A stretch of 61,985 bases of DNA, filler included, from Streblomastix strix (Eukaryota): assembly GCA_008636045.1 (NCBI GenBank). It is 4 parts of 4 records of this genome, joined end to end, with 100 filler letters (N's around TTAATTAATTAA, not from the genome) between each part and the next. Parts side by side here need not be neighbours in the genome. Positions count along the whole stretch, not along the records: positions 15,534 to 30,958 come from SNRW01000986.1; 3 more parts are not named here. The stretch is one strand, 5' to 3'. The notes beneath the pieces were generated by a model. The model made no database searches. It saw only the letters and a list, made by a program, of their open reading frames with translations, and was not told the DNA's origin. Positions 15,534 to 29,700 of this stretch are shown piece by piece. How positions within the stretch are numbered: the stretch's first letter is position 1; each line of letters begins with the position of its first letter. A program made the position numbers and the translations under genes.

Positions 15534-16759
15534 ATATTGCTAGACTAATAATAATTAAATAACTACAAATTTTGAGTAAATAAATAAATTAACCAAAAAA
15601 TATAAAAATAATAAGATAATGAATAAAAATAAGAATTTACCCAATTGAAATATAGAAAAATTGTTGTATTATATAATACTAAATTCAAGACATAAAGATA
15701 CGAAGAGATCTTTGAAAATTCGTCGAGTTTCAAATTTTTAGTTATTTTTAGTTCATTTATATAGAAAATGTTAGAATTATGAAATTGTGAATGTATAAAT
15801 GCTTAGACACAAAAGCACCATGTGGAATTTTCAATTTAACATTTATGCATAAAATTAAATCGGTTGGTACAGATTTTATAGAGTATAATTCAGGTTAATA
15901 ATATTGCATGTGAATTCTAAAACATGAAATAAAAATATGATTATTAATAACGTTAGTGTATATCAGTTGTATCAATAAATATTCAAGTTTTTAGTGCTAG
16001 CATCATAGGTTGTAATATAGTCTTTATTACTGTTAATTTTATATAAAATAAGCCAATATGAGTATTTGAGTTAAAGTTCAAACCAAGGCAATCTCTAGAT
16101 TAGGCTAGACAAAAATCTTCTGGCCCATCTTGTCATCAAAATTTTTTTAAATTTTTTTTATCGATATAATTTTATTCAATTTCCTTTTGAATTGGTTTAG
16201 TAATTTTTTTAAATTTTATTTTTATTTTTTGAGGTCAATTTTAACTATTTAAAAAATTTTTTTTATTAAAAATAATTAAAATTTTTTATAAAAACTTAAT
16301 TTCGATGTATTTCAAAAGTGTGTGACTCTAGTAAACCTACATAACTTCGATTTTTCTTTTATCATTTAAAATTTTTTGATTGTACAGGCAGATACATATG
16401 CATATGCCGAATATCTGGTATATTTTTTATAAATTTAAATAGACATTAATAAAAAAAGTAAAAAGTAAATTATATGTTACTTATTGAGTAAATTTTAATA
16501 AATATAAAGCTCAAGCAAGGCTTTTCAGTATTACGTCTCTTCTAAGCTTGCACTTTCTTAATCTGTTATAAAATAGTATTCAAATCAAATTTCACAATAT
16601 AATAATTGAATAATTATTCAATTAAAAATTTAATATGTGAGCATTGCTTCTCCAAAATCTTCGAAATGCCGAGATTTTGCGGAAAAACTTTGGTTTTGTT
16701 TGAGCTTCGCATATATTTATTTAACATTATTTATTATAATTTGAATAGTTATAACCTAT

Positions 16760-17535
16760 GGCTTCTTTATATGAATAGAAAGAAGTTGGCCTTGAATCTG
16801 GATAAGAAAAAGTTGTAAGAATTTTTTAAATTGAAATCAGGAATGAGTTGTAACTAAATGCATAGATTATACTAAATTTTGTTAAGATATAGTTAAAGAG
16901 GAGTTCTTCGAAATTCAGGAATTATCATAGTAATTATGAGGAAATAAATACTAAGAATGGTCATATATGTATAACTGCAATAACTGAAATCAACTACCCA
17001 CAACCATTCGGAGAAGAGAACTCATACAAGGATAAAAATTACTACAAATGTAATATCAATCACATCATATAGAACTATTCTAATTGTATAGGTCATTTGG
17101 TCTGATTCAAATATTCCTATTGAATTTGATGCACAACTTTCCAATCACTCTAACGTCTAATGCTGATAATAGCAATTCTTTATATCAACGCTCGATGAGG
17201 ATCACTACCTGAACAGTTAATCGTTTAAGCAGTTCGTAGAATTCCTGCTGAATATACGACATTAACTATGAAATATTGGAGCGTTTTCTATAATGAAAGT
17301 GGATATTATAATAAAGAAACCTTGTCATCCAATCTAATAGATGTCATTTTACCTGGAATTATTGAAGCTCGTAAAGGTTCATAATGTAAAGTTAAGAACT
17401 TGAGTGAATGACCATTATTAAATATTGATGGACATTCTTCTTGAATAATACTAGAAGTATGGGAGTTAGCAGCCAAATGTAACATTGACTTTATTTGCAT
17501 GCAATCTCATTCTTCTACAGTAACCCAGCCTGAAA
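16760..17535 (+). pseudogene. Degenerate pogo/Tigger-type (DDE_1) transposase
   Basis: Fragments YINAR*GSLPEQLIV, NESGYYNKETL, PLLNIDGHSS* (~17412-17444) and CNIDFICMQSHSSTVTQP match the DDE_1 motifs cinAxG..lPp.lI, sGw, DgHsSH and lPphsThllQPLD. In-frame TGAs and frameshifts. Confidence 0.75.
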
Positions 17536-19499
17536 CAGAGGCGTAAGAACGGAGTTCAAAGTAAATATAAACTATTATTATTTTGAATGTTTTAATTTTA
17601 TGAAATTTTTTTATTAAACATTATTATATTAATAAAAATATTAATTACATCAAGATCCCTTAGCGTACCACCATAATCTTATATATATATTTGTTTAAAA
17701 GATAAAAAATTGTAAAATTTTTTAGAGAAAATAAAAATTTGAATAAAAAATAAATATTTAATGAGTTTTTGAAGTAAAATTTGAACAAAAAATAAGATTT
17801 TTTGAAATTAAAAATATTTAACGGTGGATTAAAAATCTTTTACTACGTTTTTTCAAAAAGATTTAAAAATTAGTCTCATATTAATAAATTTTTGAAATTT
17901 TAATATACTTTATTAACAAATAAACTTAAATAATATTTATTTTAAAAATAGTCAATATAAAAAAAATTATTTAAATTTAATTTTAAAAATTAATTTTAAA
18001 TTTAAAAAAAATAAATATATAATTAATTTAATTTTAATTATTTAAATTTTTAATCTATAATTTTTTCTTTTCCTTAATATGCATCAATTAATTTATTATT
18101 AATTACTGCACTGATATAAATTTTAAATATTTTCATTATAACATTTATGATTTTCTTGAATATTTTTTATATTAATTCTTGATGTTTTTTTCATAATTGA
18201 ATGATTTCTTTTAAAGAAATACATTTTTTTAGTTTATAATTAATTATCTTTGAAATTCCACTATCAAATGTTATGCTCCAGAAAGAAAACTTCCTCATAA
18301 ATAAAATATATTCAAATAAATAAATTTTAAATTTAATAATTAATTAATTTATTTTTTGGTTATATATTGATAAAGGAAAAGTTTGATTAATAAATTTTAA
18401 AAAAATTACAAATATATTTATATATATATATATATATTATTGATCAGAAAAATAAATTGTTTATTAAAAAATTAAAATGCTATATGCATTGAAACTAAAC
18501 TATTTTTAGAAAATTCTAATTCATAACTTTAAAAAAGATTCAAATTTGAAAAGATTATTCTATGTTCTTTTCTACGAGGAATGGAATTTATCCATGAAAA
18601 TCCAAATATATTTGAATTGTTTAATTATTTATGAAGAAACATTAGTAAGATTTTTTAACTTTTTAAAAAAAAATGATTAATTAAAAAAAAAATAAATTAA
18701 ATATTTAATATTATATATTAATTTATAATTAGTTCTTTTTTAAAAAAATGAAAATATTAATGGAATATCTATAAAAAAGCATTTAAAGATCTGAAATTTA
18801 AACAGATTAATAAAAAAATTGATTATGAGTTATTAAAAATGTATTAACTATTAAATTATGAAAAATTTAGAATTTATTTAGTATTCTATTAAAGAATTTG
18901 CAGAATCTATTGTTATGGATCTTACTGATTTTGAATCTAATCAATATCCTGCTTCTTTAACTGAAGCGGTACCACATTTTGATGAAGTCTCAGATTTTAG
19001 ATTAGTTATTGTTATTTGGCTTTACAGATTGGATGTGGTTGATTTGTTGAAAGAGGCGCATCTGCAATCTGATTTGGGATTTGTTGAAATTGTTACTAAG
19101 GATCCAATATGTCTTTCACTTCTAATTACATCAGAAGTACTTCTTAGGTCGTACATAGTCACATTGATTTCGTAGTATTACATAAAAATTTTAATAAATA
19201 ATTAATATAAGTATTTATTTTTTCTTATCAGCATTCCGCCTTATCGCACTTATAAATATCTCAAAAATATTTAAAACACGATATAATATATATTATATCA
19301 ATCTATTTAATGTACAAGTAATCTCTCATTTATTTAATACAAAACCGGTATATAATCTACTAAATAAAAAATTTTTTTTTAAATAATTAATTTAAAAAAA
19401 TAAATTATTGGATAAATTTAAGTTTAATTTTCGATTTAAAATTTAATTTTTTAAATTTTTTTCTTAGATATTTATGAATCGTTGATTAACATTAATTTA

Positions 19500-21205
19500 T
19501 ATGTATGTCTCATAGATCTTTTGATGATCGAATTTAAGTTTTAATTCAGCAAAATACCACCTTTTAAGACACTTGAAAATAAGTAACAATTGGCATGGTT
19601 AAAAAATAATGGTAGCTATTCATTTTTTGCTGGGGATCAACACGTTAAATTGATAATGATGTATGTCTACGCCGCCCATAATGAAATTGATACTATGTAC
19701 AAACATTGAACTAGATAGTAAGTAAGTACAGATGTTGCAGATCTGCGAAAGAAAAGGCATGACGACGAATTAGTTAAAAAAGTTGAACAACGCATAATTT
19801 ACCTATTGATGCTGCTTCACATGAAAAGCATTAATACTCTGTTACATTAATAACTACATCACATCTTAATTTTCCTTCTTATCCTGTTGATCATCAAGAA
19901 AACGTAGGATCAAATAGGATTATATTGATTTTTTAACAAAATAAATAAAAAACTTTTGCAAACGAGAAATCATTACAGATAGCATTAACTTCTGACGGAA
20001 TATCTACACTAACAACAGGATTTATTACGATTAAGTAAAAGAAGCAAATATTAAATGAACATCTGGTTTCAATTGGAATTGAAAATATAGTTCTCCACTA
20101 AATTTGTATCTTATTTTTAGGAAATATTGCATTTGTTTATTTGTTAAAGAATTATCTAAAAAAGTATACCAAGACCAATTTTATACTTATATTTCTTCTT
20201 CTGTGCAATGGCGATAGGTTTATGTATAGATAATATTGAAACATTACTTTTAAAATTATGTATTAATAATAAAATAAGGCGATCCAAATATATCAAACAA
20301 GATTAAAAAAAGTAAAATTATTTTATGATATTCATCGCCGACTGGAGTTATTCATATAAATTGCATCAGAAGATCAAATGTCAATATAGCCTATTTTCCC
20401 CTTAGCTTGCTGAGTTTTCTAATCTTATGATTCACAACTTGCATAAAACGGATATAGTTCAGTGTATTAGAAAGACATCATTAAGAATTTAAAGAATGAG
20501 TTACGTATTCTTCTATTCAAGATCAAGTGTACTGAGCCAATGATCATTTGTTACGCTATGTCACCTTGCGGTTCGGAATATATGAAAAAATGATCTTCAT
20601 CTAGACCATGATTTACTTACAGATAGAAAGCAATACTTTCAACATGTGTTCGTCGTTGTTGAATCATCACAATCCTTATCAGCATCATCAATCGATTCAT
20701 AATCTATTTCCTCTAATTCATTGACGTCACTTCACCGTTTGCAATAATTACAAATCGATGGAAAAATTATGTAACAATAACAAAATATTGAAAAATCAAC
20801 AATATATATTGATTTTGAAGAATAATAGATTCAAATCGAATTACAATAAATACTATTATAGCAGAATTAAAAGTTAGGATCTTCTACGAAAAATTAAGAT
20901 GAAAAATATTAAGTTGAGAATGATAGGTAAGAAACGAGGACATTTGGACAGGTTAATCTTTATATTTAAGATACAGGTGATCCTTTATTGAAATGGTGAT
21001 TTTTTGGAGCTAATTTATTTGGAAGACAAAAAGTTAAGAGATCTTATCTAGAATAGCATTCAAATACTTGACATGCTAAGTATCCGAAGCATCATGTGAG
21101 CGATTCTTCAGCATAACGAAGAGGAGGCTGAGAAAACTAAGAAACTCTTTATCCGATACAAATATTCTAGCCTATTTACTTGTTCATTATAACAAATTAT
21201 CTTGA
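19500..21205 (+). pseudogene. Degenerate hAT transposase
   Basis: C-terminus AFKYLTCQVSEASCERFFSITKRRLRKLRNSLSDTNILAYLLVHYN* is the hAT dimerisation motif (ERxFS...RnsL). IALTSDG at ~19980 and ICYAMSPCG at ~20545. Several frameshifts and TGAs. Confidence 0.8.
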
Positions 21206-23012
21206 TATTTCACTTTTAACATTTAGCATCTAAAATTTTAATAACAATTAGTTTTTTTAAAACTATTTTTAATTTTTTTGTTTTAGTTTTATGAATGTTT
21301 AATTTCGTGTTTGAGTTCGCAAAAAATAATAAATTATTAATATTTTATTGATCAATGTTATACAACTATTTATTTCAATCAAGAAAATCTTTAATTTTGT
21401 CACCTTTGATGATTTAAATCATCTTCTTCCATTTCTTTTCTTTTGTGCTGTTCTTTTTTCAAGTTCTTCGTAATGTGCTCAATCACAGATGAACTGTTTT
21501 TATGCTACTAAGTAGATAAACGAATAGAAAATAATAAGAATAATAAATAAATATATTACAAAAAACATATTTGTTTATTTGTTCCATTCAGTTTGTTTCG
21601 TATAATTTTTCTTTTAATTAAGATATCTAAAAGACTAATAAGTAATATTCATCATAAAGTAGCAAACATCGCTCTACATAATTGTTACTTTGTTGAAGTG
21701 CATATTATGAATGGCATCAATCAATTATATGGGAGATTTGAATCTGAATCAAATAGACGAACATATTTTTAAAAAATAAATTAAAAATATAGAAAATTTT
21801 TTTAAATAATAAAGTAAAATTTGACATCATACATAAGTTTTAGAGAACTTTTCGTCTGTTGCACTAGGAAGATTTAGTTCTACAGGTTAACTCTGTTAAG
21901 AGTTAAAAGCAAAATTAATAAATTTATGAAAATGTCCGATATTTTCATCATAGTAAAGAAAAATATACATGTTGAAACTCTTCTTCGATTAGCACCTTCT
22001 AACTAGAGAATATTACGCAAATAACTTTCATTGCACCTTCATGAATAACGTATTGGAGCTAAGGCAAAATAATTGGCTACATATCAATCGTGTATGATGA
22101 ATGAATATGAAGCTTATTGTGTTTCTACAGCGTTTGGTTATAAAATATAGCTCTTCCATTGAAGTATTCAATAAAAAATATTTTAATTTGCATAATCAGT
22201 AGTAGTAATTTGGCCGAAAAGCTCATAAATGTCTCGGCGCGATGCAATGTTGCCTCTTTTAGTTCAAGTCGCCTATCGATATTTTCTTAAGTTGGATATC
22301 AAGTTTAAGAGAATAAAATTTAAAACAATCAAATCTAAAAATAAATGAATTATATTTGAGTTATAAAAAGTATAAAATGGAGTGAGGCAACATAATTTTA
22401 AACAATAATAGCTGCATATGAGATGTTTTCCTACTAAATAGATTTATTGAGTACGTATATACTAACAAATAATAATACTAATATAATTTAATGTATAAAT
22501 ATAAATATATAGCAATACGCTTTGAATTTTAATAAAAAAATAAAAAATCCTTAATTTTCGATGCAGCAAGTGAGGATAAAAATATGTGTAAAATTTCGAG
22601 TCAATATATATTATATAACAATATATTATAGTTAAATTGAACCCGCAGTCCCTTCTGCTGATCCACCCCCAAAAGCCAAATTTTTTCCGCAAAAAAATGC
22701 AAAAATTAGCCAAAAAATAAATTAATCATAACCAAAATATTTAATATTAAAGAATTTAGTCCCATATTACTCGAATTTGCTGATTCTAAACAGATCAAAG
22801 TTTATAACTCATTTTCCCCCTAAATTTTAATGTCAAATCACAATCTAAAACTATATTTTCTCAATATCTCTAAATTTAAAATAGCTTAATTAATTATAGA
22901 TGAAAATGAAATAAAAATACGAAAATTCTCAACCAAATTAACATTATAATGTTTATTGTTTTATAATTTGATCTATTTGTTATTTAACTTAAATTTCATA
23001 GATTGAAGCACT

Positions 23013-23579
23013 ATGATTTCAAGTGATTGCTCCGCAGTTCAAGAAACAAGCGATTTAATTTAATAATCGGATTCTGCTGATTATTGCTTCGTCAAAGCCA
23101 AATAAATGAACATTAATTACACATTCAGTTATAATGGTTAGATACTTTCCTAGAAACTAGTAAGAGTTGTTTGCGATGCTGTTCCTGGAGCAGATGAATT
23201 CATAACTGATACAAGAATCAAACTATTCCTCGAATAACTTTAACAGAAAGCGGGTTTACTTGTTGAAGAAGCAATTAGAGCAATCGTACTTCTTCACAGA
23301 TTCATTGTAAAGCAATCAGCAAAGGATATTCAAGTTCTTAAAGTGAGTAATGTTGGAACATTGATCATAATTTCATTTATCCTTGCAATGAAATTAAATA
23401 GAGATAAAATTCCCAATAACAGATTCTTTGCAAATATGTTTGGTATACATATTTTTAATTTGAATCTATCAGAGATTAGTTTTCTTCAAATTATTGACTT
23501 TGAAACATGGGTTGAATTTGAAAATCATTCGCTTTTCCAAGTAGTTCCATTGATTAATGAAACAATAATTATTCAATGA
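23013..23579 (+). CDS. PHO80/PCL-like cyclin (188 aa)
   Basis: TAR=Gln ORF ending in TGA. EEAIRAIVLLHRF...NVGTLIIISFILAMKLNRDKIPNNRFFANMFGIHIFNLNLSEISFLQIIDFETWV matches the PHO80-type cyclin box (laxK..dD..ysN..wa...Gi....LN.lE..FL..ldf.l.v). An upstream exon is possible (acceptor TTTCATAG ending 23001). Confidence 0.85.
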
Positions 23580-24529
23580 TATTTATTTCACTCTTTTAAG
23601 GATTATTTACATTTATATTGTACTTATCATCTGAATTTATTATTAAATTGTTTTTTTTTTATTTATTTTTTTATTTTATTTATTTTATTTATTTTTATAT
23701 AACTTTTATTATCAGTTATTGTTTGATTTAAATTATATTTCGTAAAAATATTTTTTTTACTTTAACTATTTGTTTGGGTAAATTATTTAATTATTTGACT
23801 GTTACTTATTATTATTAGTTTCTTAAATATTTTAACATGCTTAATATCACATTAATCTGATATTAAATTTTGTGTATAAGATACATTGCCACTATTTTTA
23901 TTGTCTTGATTCATAATAGATTTCGTTTTATGGTAATTTTCGTTTAACTTTTAACAAATCCTTTTAATTTTTCACTATTTTATTTTCTTAAATTTTTTCA
24001 CGAATATTCATTTGTTTGATCTCGATATGAATATTTATCCACGTAATTCACAAACCATTTTTTTATTTTCTTCATTCATAATATATTTCATTTAATTTTT
24101 AACTTCTTTTATTTATTTTAAGCAAAATTTCTATTAATTTGATTTGTCATTGTTTATTTTGTTATTAATATGTTATAATAAAACTGAAAAATGTTAAATT
24201 TAGTAAGAAAAACGAAATATTATTTCATATTAAACGCGATCATAATAATACAAAATCGAAAGAAAACATATAGATAAGCGCAATGGAGACTATTCTTATT
24301 TTAGTTTCAATTAATAAAATAAAAACAAAAAAGATCATATGGTTCATGCCTTATTTGGTTTATTGAGAACATATTAATTTACTACTAATCAACTGCAAGA
24401 TAGTATCTTATAAAGTTAATGGAATATGGTTTCTGATGTGAAAATGAATACCCCCTATTGTATATAATGAATTGACTAAAAATATATTGTTGCTAATGTT
24501 GCAGTCAACTCGTATGATTTTTCTTCTTT

Positions 24530-25764
24530 TCAAATGAACAACGCAAGAGCTGGAAGTACCGCAGCTGTAGCAATTACACTCAAAGTCACACGAACTGATC
24601 CTGTTGCCTCTTTCTCAGTTGAAGCTTTGTCTTCTTCACATTGAGCTTTTGTATATGTTCCAGATATATCAGCCGGGCACTTGCAATCAGAACTTGGAAC
24701 ATTTTTTGCTGTGCAAGTAATGCAAAATGTTCTTTCATCTCCTTCAATACATGCACATTCAGCTTCAGTCTTACCGCTGCAATCTTCTGGTGGAATTACT
24801 GGAGTATCATCACCATCAACTTGCGCATATAGATACCCCTATATATCAGTTGCATCTGAGTCGATATCTTCAGAATCTAAAATATATCTCCCTGTATCAT
24901 GAGACCTATAAACTGTAATCCAATTTTCTGGATCCCATCCAATAATTAATCCATAACCATACACAAATGCAGGTCCAAACTTAATCAGAGCTTATTTGAC
25001 TGCATCATTGTTACCAAAGAAGTTGGCATACTTGTATCCTACAAGATATTTCTCATATTTACCTTCTGGTAAAGTGCAATTAGTAGTACTTTCTGGGACT
25101 TCTGTATTGGGTATACAATCTGACCCAACAACTCCATACTTGTGAACTACATAAGCGATATAATTGCTTATATCATCGCATGTCGCTTATTATATAACAG
25201 ATACATCATCTTGTTCTCCTTCTTATCTGCTTATAAATTTTGTAGGGAAATTCTTCATTATGTAAGTGATACTTGGTGCAATGTCAACATCATATCGTGC
25301 TTTTATTGTGTAACCAAGCAACGCATATACATAAGAATATTATGTCGCAGCAACAAAATTGCACTTTTCTTCATCTTAACTCAGTGCCTAACTTGTCTTC
25401 AATGCATCAAAGCCTCCACTTGGCAAAGTTACTGCAAAGAATGAATCGTTTGTTATGGCAGTTCCTGCTCTGTATGGATTACGCTGAGAGAATGGCACTG
25501 CATCTTTATCAAACCCATCAACAATATCTGCTACATCTATAATTAGTTCTCCATAATCATTAATAGTTCCCTCTGCAAAGTATAGAACTTCGTTTTCATA
25601 AAGCTCTGGAGCATTTCTGGTTCTTGAAAATGGTTTATTTATCCCAAGTTTATGCGCTTAACAGAGTGAAATGGAAATGAGCAAAAACACGACCAGAAGC
25701 TTATTGAATGCCCTGAAAAATAAAAATTAAAAATAAGCAATAAATTAACATCTCCTATTCACAT
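24530..25764 (-). CDS. Secreted, probably GPI-anchored papain-fold (C1A-like) protein lacking catalytic residues (~394 aa)
   Basis: Open frame 25712-24530 with signal peptide AFNKLLVVFLLISISLCQA. Papain-like segments QDEEKCNFVAAT, KYGVVGSDCIP, VKQALIKFGP and GLIIGWDPENWITV; Cys-rich stalk; hydrophobic C-terminus VTLSVIATAAVLPALALFI*. Start inferred as AT|G split by a short intron with acceptor at 25713. Confidence 0.75.
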
Positions 25765-26755
25765 TTTTGACATTAGTGCCAATAATTACATTTAAGATAA
25801 CATTTTTCTAGATCAAAGTGTTAATAATACATTTGATTTCTTGGTTTTGAGATAAATAGTTGATTATTTATTTGCTGGGGTTGTATTCTCTCACACAGAA
25901 ATTTTCAGTAATATTCTAAACATTAATAATTATTAGTAAAGCATTTATTTGTCCAAATGATTTAAAAATAATTATGTAAATGCTTAACTTGGGTCAGAAA
26001 AAAGAAATAAAATATATTTGTTTAATTCTAGCGAACTACGCATTTCTCATACATCCTTCATCGTAACATACATTCAACACGTACTTCTTTATTTTAATTT
26101 TTGTATTGACCATACATGGTCAAAGTTTGAGTGAATTTCAAGAATAAATTCTCATAATATTACTTACAGCAATTAATTTACTATTTTTTTAAACTTTTGG
26201 TAGAGATCGTAAATATAAAATGAAAAAATTAAGATTAAGGCAAAGTAGAATTCGGAATTTAAAATACTGGATAATTTGTTTAACTATTGGCTTTACATTA
26301 TGAAAATTAACTAAAATTAAATATTTATACCAGAAATACTTATAATTCAATGGATTATAAACTCAAAAACCAAGAATAAAATGGTAAATTAAAGTTTCTT
26401 TATTTTTACTCTCCACGTATTTGTTAAGCTTTCATAAATCATTAATTTGTATTTAATTTTGCAAATATGAATTTGTTATGCTATTATTTTAATATTTGAT
26501 ACTTATTTTTACTATTAATTTCCAATTTTAATGCGAATTTAAAAAAATTAGTTTGCAGCGCTTTTGAACATCATTTCTATTATATTTTCAGGTTAAATGA
26601 TATAACAATAAAATTTCAAAATGTTTTAATTAAAAATATTCTATTTCATTTTATTTTCGTTTAAGTTTTTTGTTTGCTTTTATTTATTAAATTGGATTTT
26701 CTTGTTTGCTCATTATTTTATTACTTTGTCATATTTAATTTTTCCAATCAGAGTA

Positions 26756-29700
26756 ATGAATTCTGCTTTAGACGATCTTGATACTATAAAAGACGTCAAC
26801 GATGCTTGGACACGCTACCTGAAGCCAATTATTGATGATATAAAAGCTCAAGTTGAATAAAATCCAAGCACAGCAACAGCAAGTGACAAAAACATCTAGA
26901 TCTTACACAAGTAATTCAACACCTGTATATCTTCATATTTTTTAAATTTTTATAATTTATTTATTGAATCCATTCTTAATTGCACCAGATGCCAAAAATT
27001 AGATTTGACTAAAGAAGTTGTTGAACTAGCTCTTAGAATCATCTTGTATTACTGCAACATGGAGATCAATTTACCTTTGAGATCATTGAAAGATGAACAA
27101 TTCTTATAAGGACTTACGTAAAACTGGGAGAAATTCAAGATATTTGTGAAGATTGTTTGTTCATTATTCCAGTATTTGGTGTGGAATCTATTATTAAATT
27201 AAAATTTTTATAAGTAATTTTTTTATAAATTGATATATTTTTTATTAAATTATATCTTTAAATTTTAGGATGATAACTATTTCAATGCTGCACAGCCTAC
27301 TGGAAATGATAAATCTCTTCAACTTCTAAGTTTATAACAACGAGCATTCAACATCTTCAAGTATTTTATTAATTCAATAATTTTTATAACATTAATTTTA
27401 TTTATTTTTAATAATATTCAGAGAATAGGTGTTTAATAACAAGATCAAACTGATTTAAAGCCTTATACTTGATAATATCGATTAAGAAAGATCTGGAGAA
27501 ACAATTAATATCATTTTGATGAAGAATTCAGTTGATGTATGAAATATATTATTTAATTAAAAAAAAATATTTTTATTTGAATTTTATTAAGAATTGATAT
27601 TACACATAAATATTATCATGCTCATTTTATTATTTAAATTATTCTTTTTATTTAGATGCTTATTGATCTTGATCCAACACTTTAACAATTCTACAATATC
27701 TTGGAAATTGAATTCCTTTAAAGAGCAAGGTATTCAATATGAAAAATATTATTCAATTATTTATTATGAAAAATAATGTTATATAAACTAATTATTTATT
27801 TATTGATAAGAATTACTATTCATTCTTTTTTTATATTTATTAATTAATTTGAATCCATTTCTTTGTTCAGAGCTTTCTATTAGCAGTTTGCATAAAGTTC
27901 ATTATAACAAGACTCAATACCCGACTTCATGATTAAGGTAAGATGAAATAGAAAAACGATAAATTTTAGTAAAATTAATTTTAATAAAATATGAATTATA
28001 TTTTATTTCTTAATTTGAATAATAAACCAATCAGTGTGAAACTGCATATAGTGTTGAGAGTATGAGGATTGATAATTACATGAATAAAAGGACTGAACCA
28101 AAGATTAGGGAAGTGCTTGATGAAGAACTATTGAAAAAGTGTGATTTAAAAATAAATATAAAATTTCACAATTAAAATTCATTTATAAAATGTAATTTTC
28201 ATCAAAATAATTCATTTAAAATATATTTTCACTTTTTATAATAAATTATTAATAATTTATTTGTTTATTTATCATATTTAAAATAGAAATGTTGATCTTC
28301 TAATTAATTCAAAGGAATCTGGATTTCGTCTTTTATTGGAACATGATAGATTTGAAGTATGAATAAAATATTATTACTTAATTATAAATAAGATTTATTT
28401 GAAATTCAATAATAAAATTTTTCATATTTTGTTTATTAATATTATCTTTTAAATAAACATTTATTAGGATCTTGGACGAATGTATCGTTTGATTACTCAC
28501 TTGGATGATGAAGTATAACTTTATAATTTTAATAGTTTATTAAATACTATTTTATTGAAGCATATAATAATTTATTCATACATTTTATTTCTATCATAAT
28601 ATAATCACATTAGATTGGTGTTGATCCGATGGCAAAAGAATTTTATTCATATTTAAGTGCTTATAATAAAAATTTGATTTGGAAATATGTATGGAATAGA
28701 ATATTATTTTTTTCAAATCATTTTTCTAAATTAATTTTGATTAATTTTATTTTTATTATCTTGAACACGCAGCCTACTTTTTCTGCAAGAATTGAAGAAC
28801 AAAGGGAATGTATAATAATCATAAAATTAATATATATAGTTTTATATGGAAATATATTTAAAAATTCTCAATTTATTAATAATTGTTTTTATTAATATTT
28901 AATAGATTTTGAATAAATCTTGGATAAAGATAATAAAAATAATAATGCAATATAACTAAAGAAATAGAAGAAGGATGTTGCACCTCATCCATATAAAAAT
29001 AGGATAATTGATCCTTAATCGGATTAATAAGAAGTGAAAATAGATATGGATCTGATTTCAAAGATGTATTTGTATGTGGAAGAAGTTCTATACCTGTTAA
29101 GATTATTTAACAAGGAGTATATTGAACAATTTTAGGGAAATGAATAATTTGGAGCTGCATTTAAAAATTCTTTTTCCGGATTCTTGAATCGACCTAGTAG
29201 ATGTTTTATTTATTTTTTATTTATTTAATTGATTTTTATATTATGGATGTTATTTAAATTATTATTTTTGATAAATTAATTATTTTTTTTTATTTTAATT
29301 AATAAATTATTTACATATTAATAATAATATCAGTGTTTGATTGTTAAATTGAATTTCATCTTGCCGTATATGTTGATGCGCTTATGAAGACAGTTGAAGC
29401 ATAATCATTGAACAAACAAGTATAATTAATAATATTATATATAAGAATTTAAATTGATTATATTATTTTAAATTTGACGAAAATTAAATATTACTTTACT
29501 ATTTTAATTTCAAAAAAAATCATACTATATATACCATTATAGATTGAAACGCGCCTTGATGAGATTGTTGCAGTTCTTTAATACTGCCATAATAAGGATA
29601 TCTTTCTATATGAACTTGTAGGCTTTCTGTTTGAAAGGATAAATGAATAAGGAAATAAAGTATTGACCAATGAAGTTGTTGAAAAAGCATTCATTGCAAA

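Noticed and set aside
18915..19175. Short ORFs on both strands (86 aa on +; ~71 aa S/T-rich on -)
   Set aside because: No recognisable motif and strand cannot be decided.
21700..22165. Coding-like patch (MKMSDIFIIVKK...KIQLFH*)
   Set aside because: Short, interrupted and no identifiable family.
24641..25542. + strand ORFs in the supplied track
   Set aside because: Antisense to the papain-like gene.
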